Positions 30,987 to 43,467 of a stretch of DNA of 64,000 bases are shown in pieces. Both the position numbers and the translations under genes were made by a program. The notes below the pieces were generated by a model. That model did not search any database and was not told the DNA's origin. It saw only the letters and a list, made by a program, of their open reading frames with translations. Origin of the DNA: Eledone cirrhosa (lineage: Eukaryota). Where the stretch lies: NCBI GenBank assembly GCA_964016885.1, contig OZ024741.1:276334001-276398000 (forward strand). Reading direction: 5' to 3'. Each line of letters begins with the position of its first letter. Positions within the stretch are counted from its first letter, which is position 1.

Positions 30987-31871
30987 CTAGAAAAAGATGA
31001 AATCATTAGATAATTAATTAATTAGTTTAATCAAATGACAGGGATGAGAGAGAGGAAAGATGGGTCAGAGGGATGGCTCAGGGAGACAGGAGTTCGGGGG
31101 AAGTGGTGATTCAGGGTGGCTCAGGGGAGGGGGAGTTTGTGGGAAGTGGTGGCTCAGAGAGTGGATCAGGGTGGCTCAGAAGGAAGAGGGTGGCTTAGGG
31201 AGGGGTGGTTCAGAATGTGGCTCAGGGTGGCTCATGGGAATGAAGGGAGGCTCAAATAAAGCGCAAAAGAATGGAAAGAGAAGATATAACATAAAAATAA
31301 CTGTGGGAAGTTTTGAAAGAGGAACAAAGGAGAATGTTATGGTAACATGATTCAGAACTGTCTTCACAGCCACATCATTCTGTTTGATTTGATCCCACAT
31401 CATGGCACCTCATGTCTGTGTGTCTTCTATGATAGCGTTGAGCTAACCAAAGCCTTGTGAGCAGAATTGGTTATACAGAAACTACAGAATACTGACAGAT
31501 CAAGTGTAACTGTCTTTAACCCTTTCATGACCATATTTCTAATGAAATACACTCTAGTTAATGAAGAATTTTGAGGGATTTGCTAAAATTATCAATTATT
31601 TCATTACTAAAATAATAACTTAATGTACAGTACTTATATAAAATTATATTGGAAGATTTTAATTTAAATTAGAAACCTTTAAAAAAGGTGATTATATTTC
31701 ATAAAATCAGAGCTGGTTTTGGATGGGTTGATAACTAACCTTATCTAAAGTCTGTCTTAAGCCAGAAGGCTTTTAGGCCGGTGCTTATCCTGGTTTCATG
31801 GCATGAAGCGACAAAGTACAAGACTTCCTCCTGGCCAGAACCAGTCCATCGCAGGGTTAATCCCCCAGCTA

Positions 31872-33365
31872 TTGGAAATGTCATTATGAGAGACTGATGA
31901 ATGTGGAGAACGAATGGTAGAGTGAGAAATTACCCCCAGTAGACCCGACAGAGGGACCAGCTATTGAGATTGACGAATATAGGGTACAAGAGGCAATTAA
32001 GGAAATGAAGATTGGTAAGGCTGCTGGACCGTCGGGGATAGTTGCTGAGATGCTGAAAGCATCAGGAGAAGTAGACACTAAACTGGTTGCACGCATCATC
32101 AATCAAGCTATATATGGTGGTGTCATACCCAAAGACTGGTGCACCAGTATTCTCATAAATTGCTACAAAGGTAAAGAGGATGCTCTGGAGAGGAGCAATT
32201 ATAGGGGCATAAAGCTGATGTATCCGGTTATGAAAGTGGCAGAGAGAATATTAGCGCAACTGATTAGAGAAAGGGTAAAATTAGATGAGATGCAGTTTGG
32301 TTTTGTGCCTCAGAAAAGTAGAACAGATGCCCTCTTCTTAGTGAGACAACTACAAGAGAGGTTCTTGGAAAATAATAAGCCACTATACTTAGCTTTTGTT
32401 GACCTAGAGAAGGCCTTTGATAGAGTACCCCGATCTGTCATCTGGTGGTCCCTAAGGAAACTAGGTGTAGAGGAATGGCTTGTGAGGACAGTGCAAGCTA
32501 TGTACAGGGGTGCTGTCAGTAAAGTGAGAGTAGGAATGGAGTTTAGTGAGGAATTCCAGATACAATTCCAGATACAGGGTTCAGTCCTCAGCCCGCTCTT
32601 GTTCATTATAGTCCGCCAAGCCATAACAGAGGAGTTTAAGACTGGATGCCCGGGCAAACTAACAGATAGGGAAAACTACGTATGCAGTAGATGTACAGGC
32701 AAAGTTGGCAGTAGTAATCGCAGTGATAGACACATTTTTCCAATGCAGGTGGGTTCTATAGAAGTGGTTGATAGCTTCTGGTACCTAGGTGATCAGATTA
32801 GCATGGGGGTGTTCCGAGGCCATAGTATCTAGAATAAGGACGGGTTGGAAGAAGTTTAGGGAGCTGCTTCCTCTGTTGACAAAGAAGGGTTTCTCCCTGT
32901 ATACGGAATAACGGTTATATGATGCCTGTGTGAGAAGCGCGATGCTGCATGGTAGTGAGACATGGGCAGCAACTGCAGAGGATATGCGACGGCTGGAGAG
33001 AAATGAGGCAAGCATGCTCTGTTGGATGTGCAATGTCAATGTGCAATGTCATGAGTTGAGAAAGAAACTGGGTATAAGATGGATAAGTTGTGGTGTGCAG
33101 GAGAGAAGACTGAGATGGTATGGACATGTGATGCACATGGAGGATGACTGCTGGGTAAAGAAGTGCCAAGAAATCCCAGTAGAAGGAAGACGCAGTAGAG
33201 GTAGACCACAAAAAACATGGGCGGAGGTGGTGAGAGCTGACCTCAGATCACTGAAACTCACCGAGGAGATGACGAAGGACCGTGACAAGTAGAGAGATGC
33301 TGTGCTGAATAGGACCCATCCCACCCTTGCAAGCAGGGAAAAGCGGACGTAAAATGATGATGATG
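31872..33365 (+). mobile_element. RTE LINE copy with internal deletion and stops
   Basis: ORF 32005-32832 jumps FKTGCP|GKLTDREN (YADD lost); 3' end and (GAT)n tail present. Confidence 0.93.
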
Positions 33366-33885
33366 AGGATGATATGCTGGAGAAATGTGAAATGAAGTGT
33401 TTTGCTCAAGAACACAACACACAACCCAGGAATCGAACCCACGACATTATGATCGTTAGTCCAACTCCCTTACCACTAGGCCACAGGTTTGGTAGGTAAT
33501 AAAAAGGTTAAATAGCAAACTTCATCCATTGTCCATTTAACTACTAACACCTAATCTTTGTGTTTCTAGCAGAGCTCACTCTGTTGCAAGTATTCAGTTA
33601 GACAAGGTCATTAGTCTAACAATAACTCCACATATTGGTATGCTGTTTCCTACTTCAGTAACACATAAGACATAATTTCAGGAACACATCAGACATAATT
33701 TCTTCTACCCAGACCCAACCAGATTTTGGAAGCTCTATAAAATTTCAAAAATGATACTTTTCCTCCTCTCAACAACATATAAATAAAAAATGAGGCTTCT
33801 ACATCTTGATCAAATCTACATATTGATTCATATAACAGAAAAGAAATTGCTCATTATACTACGGTAAAAAAAAAATATATATATA

Positions 33886-34177
33886 TATATCATAAATTAT
33901 GTCCTTAGAATTATTAGATAAAATATATACAATTTCCTCTCCCAATTAGCATAATTAACCATACAAAAAATCAATTGCTGTTGAAATGTTGGGTAAATAC
34001 TCTATTGTGGTCAACCGCGAAGAGGCTGCTTTCGGTTATTTATCTAATATTTCTTCATAGGAGCCTTTATTTTTATAGCCTGGTCTAATTGATTTTTTGT
34101 ATGGTTAATTATGCTAATTGGGAGAGGAAACTGTATATATTTTATCTAATAATTCTAAGGACATAATTTATGATATA
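33886..34177. repeat. ~90-bp inverted repeat with ~110-bp spacer
   Basis: ATATCATAAATTATGTCCTTAGAATT...CAAAAAATCAATT / AATTGATTTTTTG...AATTCTAAGGACATAATTTTATGATAT. Confidence 0.8.
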
Positions 34178-34252
34178 TTGCTCTGATTATTTAATTTATT
34201 AATTCTTCATTGAGCCATATCGTGAATGGTTGCCACATATATATCTGTGACT

Positions 34253-34283
<31 letters not shown>

Positions 34284-34297
34284 TCTTTATATATATA

Positions 34298-35201
34298 TAC
34301 GAGGTGTGTCAGAAAAGTTCCAGGACTGATGTCACAAAAGATTTATTTCAAACCCAAACTTCACACTAAGAGTGTTCTCCTTCAAAGTAATCCCCCTGGA
34401 GTCTAATGCATGTTTCCATCCTTTTCTGCCATGCTTGCATGCACTTCTGGAAGGATTCTTCTGGGATCCTCCGCAGTTCCGTCGTCACGGCCTTTTTGAT
34501 GTCATCCACGTCTTCAAAACGGGTCCCCTCCGGGTCGTACTTGAAGACCCATGACTCATCACCGGTGATGACTGTCCCTAGCAAGTCTGGTTCGGTTTCA
34601 AGACACTCGAGGATGTCCTGGCACACTTGCATGCGTCGACCCTTCTGGTCATCATTCAGCAGTTTTGGCACCATCTTCACGCAGACTTTCCGTATGTCCA
34701 AATCTTCAGTGAGAATCTTCCAGACGATATCCCGATTCATGCCCAGCTCATTTGCCATCAGTCAAACAGTCAGCCGATGATCACTACGCACCATCTGCCT
34801 GACGCGCTCAACGTTGACCTCAGTCCTGGTTGTTGAGTGCCTTCTGCTCCTGGGGTCATCTTCTATGTCCTCGCGTCCTTCTTTAAACCTCTTGCACCAC
34901 TCAAAAACACGTGAGCGTGATATCGTCTCATCTCCATACACTTGCTGCAGCGGAATTTTCCTCCAACCGTACCAAAAACTTCAAGTTTGTTCGTTGCTCT
35001 GTGCTCATTGCTTGACGAAGTGAAACAGAGGACATGTATATAAAATTATGAAGAAAAAAGTTTGATCGCTGCAGAGAGCTAAGATTACAGTTACATACTC
35101 CAGGGGGATTACTTTGAAGGAGAAAACTCTTAATGTGAAGTTTGGGTTTGAAATAAATCTTTTGTGACATCAGTCCTGGAACTTCTCTGACACACTTCAT
35201 A
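34298..35201 (-). mobile_element. mariner transposon, internally deleted, ~105-bp TIRs, inserted in (TA)n
   Basis: TIR TACGAGGTGTGTCAGAAAAGTTCCAGGACTG...; transposase MSTEQRTNLKF..., KMVPKLL, VITGDESWVFKYDPE, C-terminal GDYFEG; rest of catalytic domain missing. Confidence 0.93.
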
Positions 35202-35554
35202 TATATATAATATTATTAATAATTGTTTCTACTTTAGGCACAAGGCCAGCAATTACCCAGTACATTACTGGTACTTTATTTTATCGATCCCGTAAGGATG
35301 AAAGGCAAAGTTAACCTCAGCGGGATTTGAACTCAGACCGTAAAGGGACGTAACTATGCTAGAAAGCATGGCGTCCAACCCTCTACCGATACTGCCAATT
35401 CACCAACAATATTGTTATTAAGTTGAAACTTTACCAGAAGGTTGCAAGCTCAATGCAGTGGGGTTCACACAGAACTGATATATAGTATTTATAAAAAAAA
35501 CGTGTTAGTTTGAAAACACATTGATTCTTTAGTGTTTTTTTATAAATACTATAT

Positions 35555-36150
35555 ATCTTAGATTCTTCCGCGCCGTTTGGCACATCGAGCAGTTGGTGCT
35601 CGCCAACGGTCATGATCAGGGGCAACTTTTTCGAGACCATGCCTGGTGATGTTGGCTGCCATCAGGTCCTTCCGGAACGTTCGTCGCCAGGTGATCCTTG
35701 GGCAACCCCGCCTCCGTTTACCGCCAGGCGGGGTCTAGTTCATTGCTGTTTTCGAATGCCGTTCATTTGGCAGACGCAGAATATGGCCAGCCAGACAACA
35801 CCGACGCTCCGTGACCACTCTATGTAGCGTCCACGACTCGGCTCTCCACAGGATCTCCTCGTTTCACACTCGGTCGCGCCAGGACACACGAAGGATCTTT
35901 CGCAGGCAACGCTGGTGGAAAGTGTTCAGCTGTCTCTCTATTTTTGCCGTACTCTTCCAGGTCTCGCTCGCATAAAGCACTGTCGGCAGCACGATGCTCT
36001 TGTACAGGCAGAGCTTGGTCTTGGTGCTAATGCATGAAGACGACCAGACTGGGCAAAGCCGCTGGAAAACTGCGGCGCCTTTGCCAATCCGACAGTTGAT
36101 GTCGAGCTCCACGTCGCCACTGCTTGTCAAGATGCTGCCCAGATAGGTGA
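35555..36150 (-). mobile_element. GC-rich RTE-clade LINE 3' fragment (fourth family)
   Basis: YLGSIL...DINCRIGK...LYKSIVLPTVLYASETW...FHQRCLRKILRVSWRDRV, GKRRRGCPRITW. Confidence 0.85.
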
Positions 36151-36250
36151 CACATAGCCGAGTGACTCACTCACACACGCTCTCTCTCTATTGCAAGGTA
36201 AACAAAAAAATATCAATGAGAACTGAGTGAAACCAAAGTTTGAAACATAC

Positions 36251-36353
36251 CACATAATCACAGAAGAGAACCAGTGCTCCACGCCGTACAATCTCCACAT
36301 TACAGCTGTGAACTGGTGTTCTAGGAATATCAGATATAACTGAGAGATGGTGG
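36251..36353 (-). CDS. HTT: Huntingtin exon 13 (HHLSVISDIPRTPVHSCNVEIVRRGALVLFCDYV)
   Basis: ttccag/gtatgt boundaries, 103 nt; human CNREIVRRGALILFCDYV. Confidence 0.92.
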
Positions 36354-37771
36354 CTGGAAATAGAGAGAGATGTGGTATAGATATATAGCTGTGGACTGGT
36401 GTTCTAGGAATATCAGATATAACAGAGATGGTGGCTGGAAATAGCAAGAGAGGTGGTAGAGATATGACAGGTGGGTAGTATAAAAAGGTGGCTGGAGTAG
36501 TGTGGAAGCGGACATTACTAATTATTTATCGCTTATACATATCAGAAGGTTTGCCCTCACCAAGAGGGTAGTTGGTCAAACAACAAGGTATAACCCACAT
36601 ATCCATCTTCCTAGTTACACCATGTCTCTGTTTAGCTGGGACTCATAATGCACATGATTCACACATCGATATGCAGTGATATATGCGGTTTGGTATGACA
36701 ATCTAGACATATTGCACCCTCTACACTGTCTATGACAAGAGATTCTAGTGACAGCCACAGCAGAGGTCAACAAGAGTGCAATAGTTGTAGCTCTTCTGTA
36801 TTTATTAGTATTGTACATCTCCTCAACACAGTGTTTGGACCAACAGAGGACATAGATGTTACTATTTGTGTGTGTGTATGTTTATGTTAGACTGGGCTCC
36901 ATAGAAGAGAGTGTTTTTAAGATATTGTTGTGGTAGAGTTCCTAGATGTTGTCTATGTGTCTGGTTGTTTTTTCATGAATATAAACAGAATTTCATTTTG
37001 TTAGCTGTTATACATAAACATATTTTACAAACTGAAGTTTTACAATGATGGAAATATAAAAAAAAAAAGATAAAGACAAAATTAAGTAATGAAAAAAAGG
37101 GGGGAAGGGGTAGAGAAGGGCAGATCTGGCTCAAGGTGTGTCTGTGGGTGTGTGTGTGTCTTTATATATAGGAGGCACATATGGAGGCACATGGCTTAGT
37201 GGTTAGAGTATTGGTCTTGCAAACAAAAGGTTATGAGTTCAATTCTCAGACCGGGTGATGTGTTGTTTCCTTGAGCAAGACACTTTATTTCACATTGCTC
37301 CAGTTTACTCAGCTGTAGAAATGAGATGATAGGGACTGGAGTCCATATCATTCCACTGTAAAGTGGACGTGTAGGCGCCACAAAAAAAAAGGAACCAGCA
37401 CTCACTGTAAATGAGGTTGGTGTTAGGAAGGGCATCCAGCTGTAGAAATCATGCCAGAATCAGTTCCCGTCCCACCCTTGCAAGCAGGGAAAAGCGGATG
37501 TAAGATGATGATGATATATATTTATATAACGAAGGAGTTGTGGTAAGGAACCAGATGGACCATAACGCACCAGAGTACTCAATACTTAGGGTAGTAGAGT
37601 GGGTAATAGGAAAATGTATGACCCCGACAACAGAGCTCAAGCCATTTCGATGGCTATTTTAGTCCAGAAATAGCCGTCGAAACGGCTTGAGCTCTGCCGT
37701 CGGGGGTCATACATTTTCCTATATATCATCATCGGCGATGAATTTGTAATGAAATCGTGTGTCGAAACAAA

Positions 37772-38281
37772 TATTGTTATACTTGGGGAGGGTCATGTTG
37801 TAATAATATTGCCAGAAATAATAACTGAACACACTCACTGTTTGGTTGGTTTTCGCTTCTGCATCATTTATATCTCCATAGTTAATTCATTTGGCCATCA
37901 ATGTTTATCTGTATTTCTGACCAACGGTCAGAAATACAGATATATATATATATATATATAGTCTAACAAAGTTCTTTTGTTATAAAATAAAAATGGTGTA
38001 ACAACTACAATACATTGCAATACAATAGGAGGAAACATGATAATAGTACCACTGATGATGTTACAGATGCACAACGAAAGAACTTTGTTAGACTATATAT
38101 ATATATTTATATCGATATTTTTTACCGTTGGTCAGTCAATGATAAAGATTGATTACCAAATGAATTAACTATGGAGATACAAAGATGCAGAAGCGAAAAC
38201 TAACCAAACAGTGAGTGTGTTCAGTTATTATTTCTGGCAATATTATTACAACAATATGACCCTCCCCAAGTATAACAATAT
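37772..38281. repeat. ~210-bp-arm inverted repeat
   Basis: TATTGTTATACTTGGGGAGGGTCAT... mirrored by ...ATGACCCTCCCCAAGTATAACAATA; inner AGTCTAACAAAGTTCTTT / AAAGAACTTTGTTAGACT. Confidence 0.85.
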
Positions 38282-38289
38282 ATCATCAT

Positions 38290-38755
38290 CAGTTATATGA
38301 TGCCTGTGTGAGATATGCGATGCTACATGGTAGTGAAACATGGGCAGCAACTGCAGAGGATATGCGACGGCTGGAGAGAAATGAAGCATGTATGCTCCGT
38401 TGGATGTGCAATGTCAATGTGCATGAACGACCAAGCATAGACGAGTTGAGAAAGAAACTGGGTATAAGAAGGATAAGTTGTGGTGTGCAGGAGAGAAGGC
38501 TAAGATGGTATGGACATGTGATGCGCATGGAGGATGATAGCTAGGTAAAGAAGTATCAAGAAATCCCAGTAGAAAGAAGACACAGTAGAGGTAGACCACG
38601 AAAAACATGGGCGGAAGTGGTGAGAGCAGACCTCAGATCGCTGAAACTCACCGAGGAGATGACGAAGGACTGTGACAAGTGGAGAGATGCTGTGCTGAAT
38701 AGGACCAATCCAACACTTGCAAGCAGGGAAAAGCGGATGTAAAATGATGATGATT
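38290..38755 (+). mobile_element. RTE LINE 3' fragment
   Basis: [24 protein letters not shown]...[12 protein letters not shown]; (GAT)n tail. Confidence 0.92.
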
Positions 38756-39943
38756 TAACATCTATTTTCCACGCTAGCATAGGTTAAATGGGTTTGTCCC
38801 ATTTGAGGCAAGTTTGGTCAAGTGACAGTCTCGCTCGTATAGGACTGTTTCTGGCTGGATGCCCTTCCTAATGCCAACTACATTATGAAGGTAGCATGGC
38901 TTAGTGGTTAGAATGTCGGGTTTACAATCGTGAGGTTATGAGTTCGATTCTCGGACAGGGCTTTGTGACGTGTTCTTGAGCAAGACACTTTATTTCATCT
39001 TGCTCCAGTTCACTCAGCTGTAGAAATAGGTTGCGATGTCACTGGTGCCAATCTCGGGGGTGTGGAGAGGGAAGACTGGCATGTGTGGGCAACTGCTAGT
39101 CTTCCACAAAGAACCTTGCGCGCACTTGTGCCTCAAGGGGAATGGTTGTGTGTTCAAATCCCATGGTTATTAGTGACCGAAGGGGGTCTTTACTTTACTA
39201 TATATACATAATATAAGAAGTTATAGTGTAGTACTTCACTATTTTCATTGCTAAGATGAGATAAGCTTGAGGCACTTTACCGTCCTCTGTTCTTCAGGGG
39301 CAAAAAACTGGATGATTGAGGGCAGTTCAGGTAGCAGAGCATTTAAAATTCAAAATTTTAGGAAAACCAAAGATAGGAAATTATTCATCATCATCATTTA
39401 ATGTCTATCTTCCACATATATCTTCTATTATTTATTCATACATCTCTACGGACGTTTCAATGCAGCTAGAATATCACATCCATTTGCAGAGAAACTGGAG
39501 ATTACCAGTTAACAATTAACTCCATGATGGGTGCTTTATCCAAACTGTATATCTTCAGGAAACATACAGAACAAAATAACAATAAATTAATACCATAAAA
39601 CCATATCAAGAAATTGAGAAGATTCAAAGTATGGATTCAAAGTGCAGATTTAGCATAAGCTTGTACACTTATATGTGTTTATGTGTGCATGCAAAGAGAG
39701 AAAAGAGGAAGAGAAAAGAGGAAGAGAAAAGAGGAAGAGAAAAGAGGAAAAGAAAAGAGGAAAAGAAAAGAGGAAAAGAAAAGAGGAAAAGAAAAGAGCA
39801 AAAACGAGGGGCAGAGAGTAGCTAGAGTATGTGTCGTTTGGGATGGTTCTGGGACTTGGAATAATAAATCTGTTAGGTGTTTGAATGAGATTGACTTACT
39901 TGGGACGATAAATTTGTTAGGTGTTTGCATGAAAATGACTTAC

Positions 39944-40172
39944 CTGGGACTTGGGATGATAAATTTGTTAGGTGTTTGCATGATTGCACTCCACCAATGA
40001 GGATCATAGGAGTTGAGCAAGATTAGAATATTGCACCACTGCAATGTGATCGTTGGGAAGCTAACCCCGAGGCACAAAAAACTCTGATTTATCTCTTCGA
40101 TACTGTACATAAAGGGCTCAACCTCTTCTTGAACAATTCCCATGGCAGCTGTTGCTACCCGTCTGAAGAGAC
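39944..40172 (-). CDS. HTT: Huntingtin exon 12 (GLFRRVATAA...PTITLQWCNILILLN...WWSAIMQTPNKFIIPSP)
   Basis: ttacag/gtaagt boundaries, 229 nt; human GMFRRITAAA...HPALVLLWCQILLLVN...WWAEVQQTP. Confidence 0.92.
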
Positions 40173-40624
40173 CTGTAAGCAACAAAATAAACCACTTAAA
40201 CATATCTAGGGCAGGTAAAATTCCTGGGTTTTGAAGTACTCAATACAAACAATGTGTTCTGATTAACAGTTAGGTTTTGAAGTACTCAATACAAACAATG
40301 TGTTCCAACTAACAGTTAGGTTTTGTAGTACTCGATACAAACACAATGTGTTCTAACTAACAGCTGGGTTTTGAAGTATTCAATCCAACCTAGTAAAGAT
40401 ATCTCTGGGAGACAATGTGGAAATTTCATCAACCCCACAAATGTGTTTAAGGCAGATAACTGGATATCGAAGGTGCCCTTGTGAGACACTATAGAAACTA
40501 AGTAAATAATTCTCATTGACATTACAACCAAAACACAGTTAAACCTCGGCTCATAAACTTAATTCAATCCTGAAAGCTATTCATCACCAAAAAAATGTTC
40601 ATAAACCAAAACTATTTTTTCCAT

Positions 40625-41182
40625 ATGGATATGTGATGCACATGGAGGATGACCGATGGGTGAAGAAGTGCTAAGAAATGCCAGTTGAAGGTGTGGGGCT
40701 ATGTGGAGGAGGTGACGTCAGATGTGGACGCTTGACCGGAGGAGGAGTGAGGTGAGATGCGTTTTCGAGGCGGCGTCCATAGGCTGGGTCTTTGCGTTTC
40801 CAAGACGGCGTCTGTAGGCTGCGTCTATGCATTTCCGAGGCGACGTCCGTAGGGCATCTCTCGCGGTGACTTGGAGAAAGACGGATGTACCTGACTAAGC
40901 TGCAGCTTGGCGAATTGATTGTAACCCGAAGATCAAAGCACAGCTGTGAGTGAACCAGCAGACTCGCGGTAAGTGGAATAGCTTTCTCACCACAGAAGGA
41001 AGACGTAGTAGAGGAAGACCACGAAAAACATGGGCGGAGGTGGTGAGAGCAGACCTCAGATCGCTGAAGCTCACGGTGGAGATGACGAAGGACCGTGACA
41101 AGCGGAGAGATGCTGTGCTGAATAGGACCCATCCCACCCTTGCAAGTAGGGAAAAGCGGACGTAAAATGATGATGATGATGA
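40625..41182 (+). mobile_element. RTE LINE 3' fragment interrupted by a solo LTR
   Basis: RTE sequence resumes exactly after the insert. Confidence 0.9.
40692..40994. mobile_element. Solo LTR (Gypsy or BEL type), 303 bp
   Basis: TGTGG...CCACA termini; perfect 5-bp TSD GAAGG (40687-40691, 40995-40999); GC/CpG-rich. Confidence 0.8.
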
Positions 41183-41483
41183 AATCTTGAGAGAGAAATA
41201 CATTGAGGGAGAGCGACTGTGTGAAAGACGAATAGGTACCACCACAGTAACTAACAGCACAGCAAGTAACGCTTTCCTGTCAATATTCCAAGTTTGTCGT
41301 CAACCATTGTTACTGGCTTGCGTATTCGTTACACAAGACACCGTTCATCACCCAAGATGTTTTATGTTCAGAAAAATTATTTTTGAGCTGATTTGTTCAA
41401 GATGAGACATTTGTGAATCGAGGTTTCACTGTAAACTTAATTAAATTTTAAAGTTTTTTTTTTTATTTTACCCCCCGCCCCCT

Positions 41484-41527
<44 letters not shown>

Positions 41528-41798
41528 ACATCTAAACAATTGTTATGATCCTTTTTCCCATATCAGACACACCACAACCACTTCACCCACAAACTATAGT
41601 CCTGCACAAAGCACATTCACTAATCCACACAAAGAACCACATTCACTGCTCCATACAAAAGCATTTTTACAACTGAGTATACTGGAGCAACGTGAAATAA
41701 AGTGTCTTGCTCAAGGACACAATGCATCACATATACATAGAGTAACTGTATAACCATCTAGTTGTCTTTAGATACACAAGAGACAAAGCAGTACCTAC

Positions 41799-41947
41799 CT
41801 GACTGGAACATATGGGTCACAAACAATAGCAAATGGGACAACTGTTGACAAAGGAAGTCTATATTGTGACCTCCTTCAAGGAATGTAAGATTGCTAACTT
41901 TTTGGCTGATGGTATCTGCAACTAGGCCAGCAACTTGGAACAAGAAC
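41799..41947 (-). CDS. HTT: Huntingtin exon 11 (FLFQVAGLVADTISQKV...FLCQQLSHLLLFVTHMFQSG)
   Basis: ttcag/gtaggt boundaries, 149 nt; human FLLQLVG...[20 protein letters not shown]. Confidence 0.93.
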
Positions 41948-42246
41948 CTGAAGGATAAAAAGAAGAAGAAAAAAAAACAGTAAATATAATTGTTTCTGCT
42001 ATTGGCACAAGGCCAGCAATTATCCCAGTGCATTACTGGTACTTTATTTTTATCGACCCCATAAGGATGAAAGGTAAAGTTAACCTCGGCGGGATTTGAA
42101 CTCAGACCATAAAGGGGCATAACTCTATGGGGCGTAGTAAATGTAATTGTTCCTAAAGTAGAAACAATTATATTTACTAAAATATAATGATGACTTCTTG
42201 AGACATTGGACCAGTTTCTGTAAGAAATGTGATTTACATGATAAAG

Positions 42247-42966
42247 CAGAGGTTCTCAAAGTGGGCGCTACCCCCTACCACACCCCACCCGGGGTCGTTG
42301 AGAAGGTCCAGGGGGGGCACTGGACCCTATGGGAGCAGTGGGGGGTGGTAAAGACGATATGATATATTTAATATCAAATGATACATATTATATATGAATA
42401 TATATTAGTATTGGTGCTCTGAAATAGCTATGTATACATGAATTGGTATTTCAAAGCACCAATATTAATACCTAATTATACTAATACCTAATTTTTGCTG
42501 GACCGGCAATCGCTCTGTATAATCAGTTACTGATTATTACTGGAATTTTATAAGAATGCAGCCTCTATAATTCTTGGCAAAAGCAACCGAGTGTGTAATC
42601 TTGATAAACGCTTACAAGCGAGAAACAGACTGTCGGCCGCTCTCTGTTGTTTTTGCTGAGAATAAGTAAGTGACAGTCACTACTTTAAAACTAATAGCGA
42701 ATGGTCTTCTAAATGTTTTTAAGTAAACATACAGTATATTGCAAAATATACTGTACATACATTCATATAAATATATATTTATTTGTACATAGTATATATT
42801 ATATTATATTATTTATCATATACACGTATCAATTAACAATTTTATTTATTATACATTATTTACAATTTGTGTGTAGGCAGGTCTCTCTGGAAATAGGTTT
42901 GCGGGCGCTGAGGGTATTATGTGGCTGTGGGAAGAGGAGAGGGGTCAAAAAGTTTGAGAACCTCCG
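42247..42966. mobile_element. Non-autonomous hAT (Charlie-like) element
   Basis: TIR CAGAGGTTCTCAAA / TTTGAGAACCTCCG; 8-bp TSD TGATAAAG / TGATGAAG. Confidence 0.8.
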
Positions 42967-43467
42967 TGATGAAGAATAAACATAATGATGGTATTTAATA
43001 TTCAGTCCAGAGATGAGGTACTTGCAGCCTTCTATGTCATTCTGTGTGGCCTTTTGAAAGAATAAAAAATTCCCAACATTTTTTTAATTTCTATTACCTT
43101 GGCAGTTATATCTCACACACATTGTCGGGCTTCCAAATAGCTAAACTTATTTCCTAGTTATATTTGTATTTTTTTTATTGATATGTTTTATCAAGAAATT
43201 ATTTTAATTTAAGCGTCTTATTGCTGTAAATCTGTATTTTCCTACCCAACCAAAATCAAGATGCCTTTTAGGTCACAATCTCAAGGTTCAGTTGAAGCTT
43301 CGAACCTCCATGTTGGAACCAAATATCAAAATGCTTTCCAACAACAAGTAATCACAACAAAGTCGTTAAAAAGTAGTTAGCTTTAAAAAATTTTTTTTTT
43401 TTCTAGATTAGATAATTAGTACATAGTAATTAGATTTTTACAAAATAATGTAGATTTTTAAGAATAC

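Noticed and set aside
31060-31350. Gly-rich ORF / GGTGGCTCAGGG repeats
   Set aside because: Low-complexity degenerate intronic repeat; no coding support.
35435-35474. Possible small AG...GT exon on the minus strand
   Set aside because: Lies after a phase-0 exon, and its 40 nt would shift the frame; flanking HTT exons already join correctly.
38048-38096. CTGATGATGTT...AACGAAAG hammerhead-like core
   Set aside because: Stem I and the cleavage triplet cannot be formed convincingly; at best degenerate.
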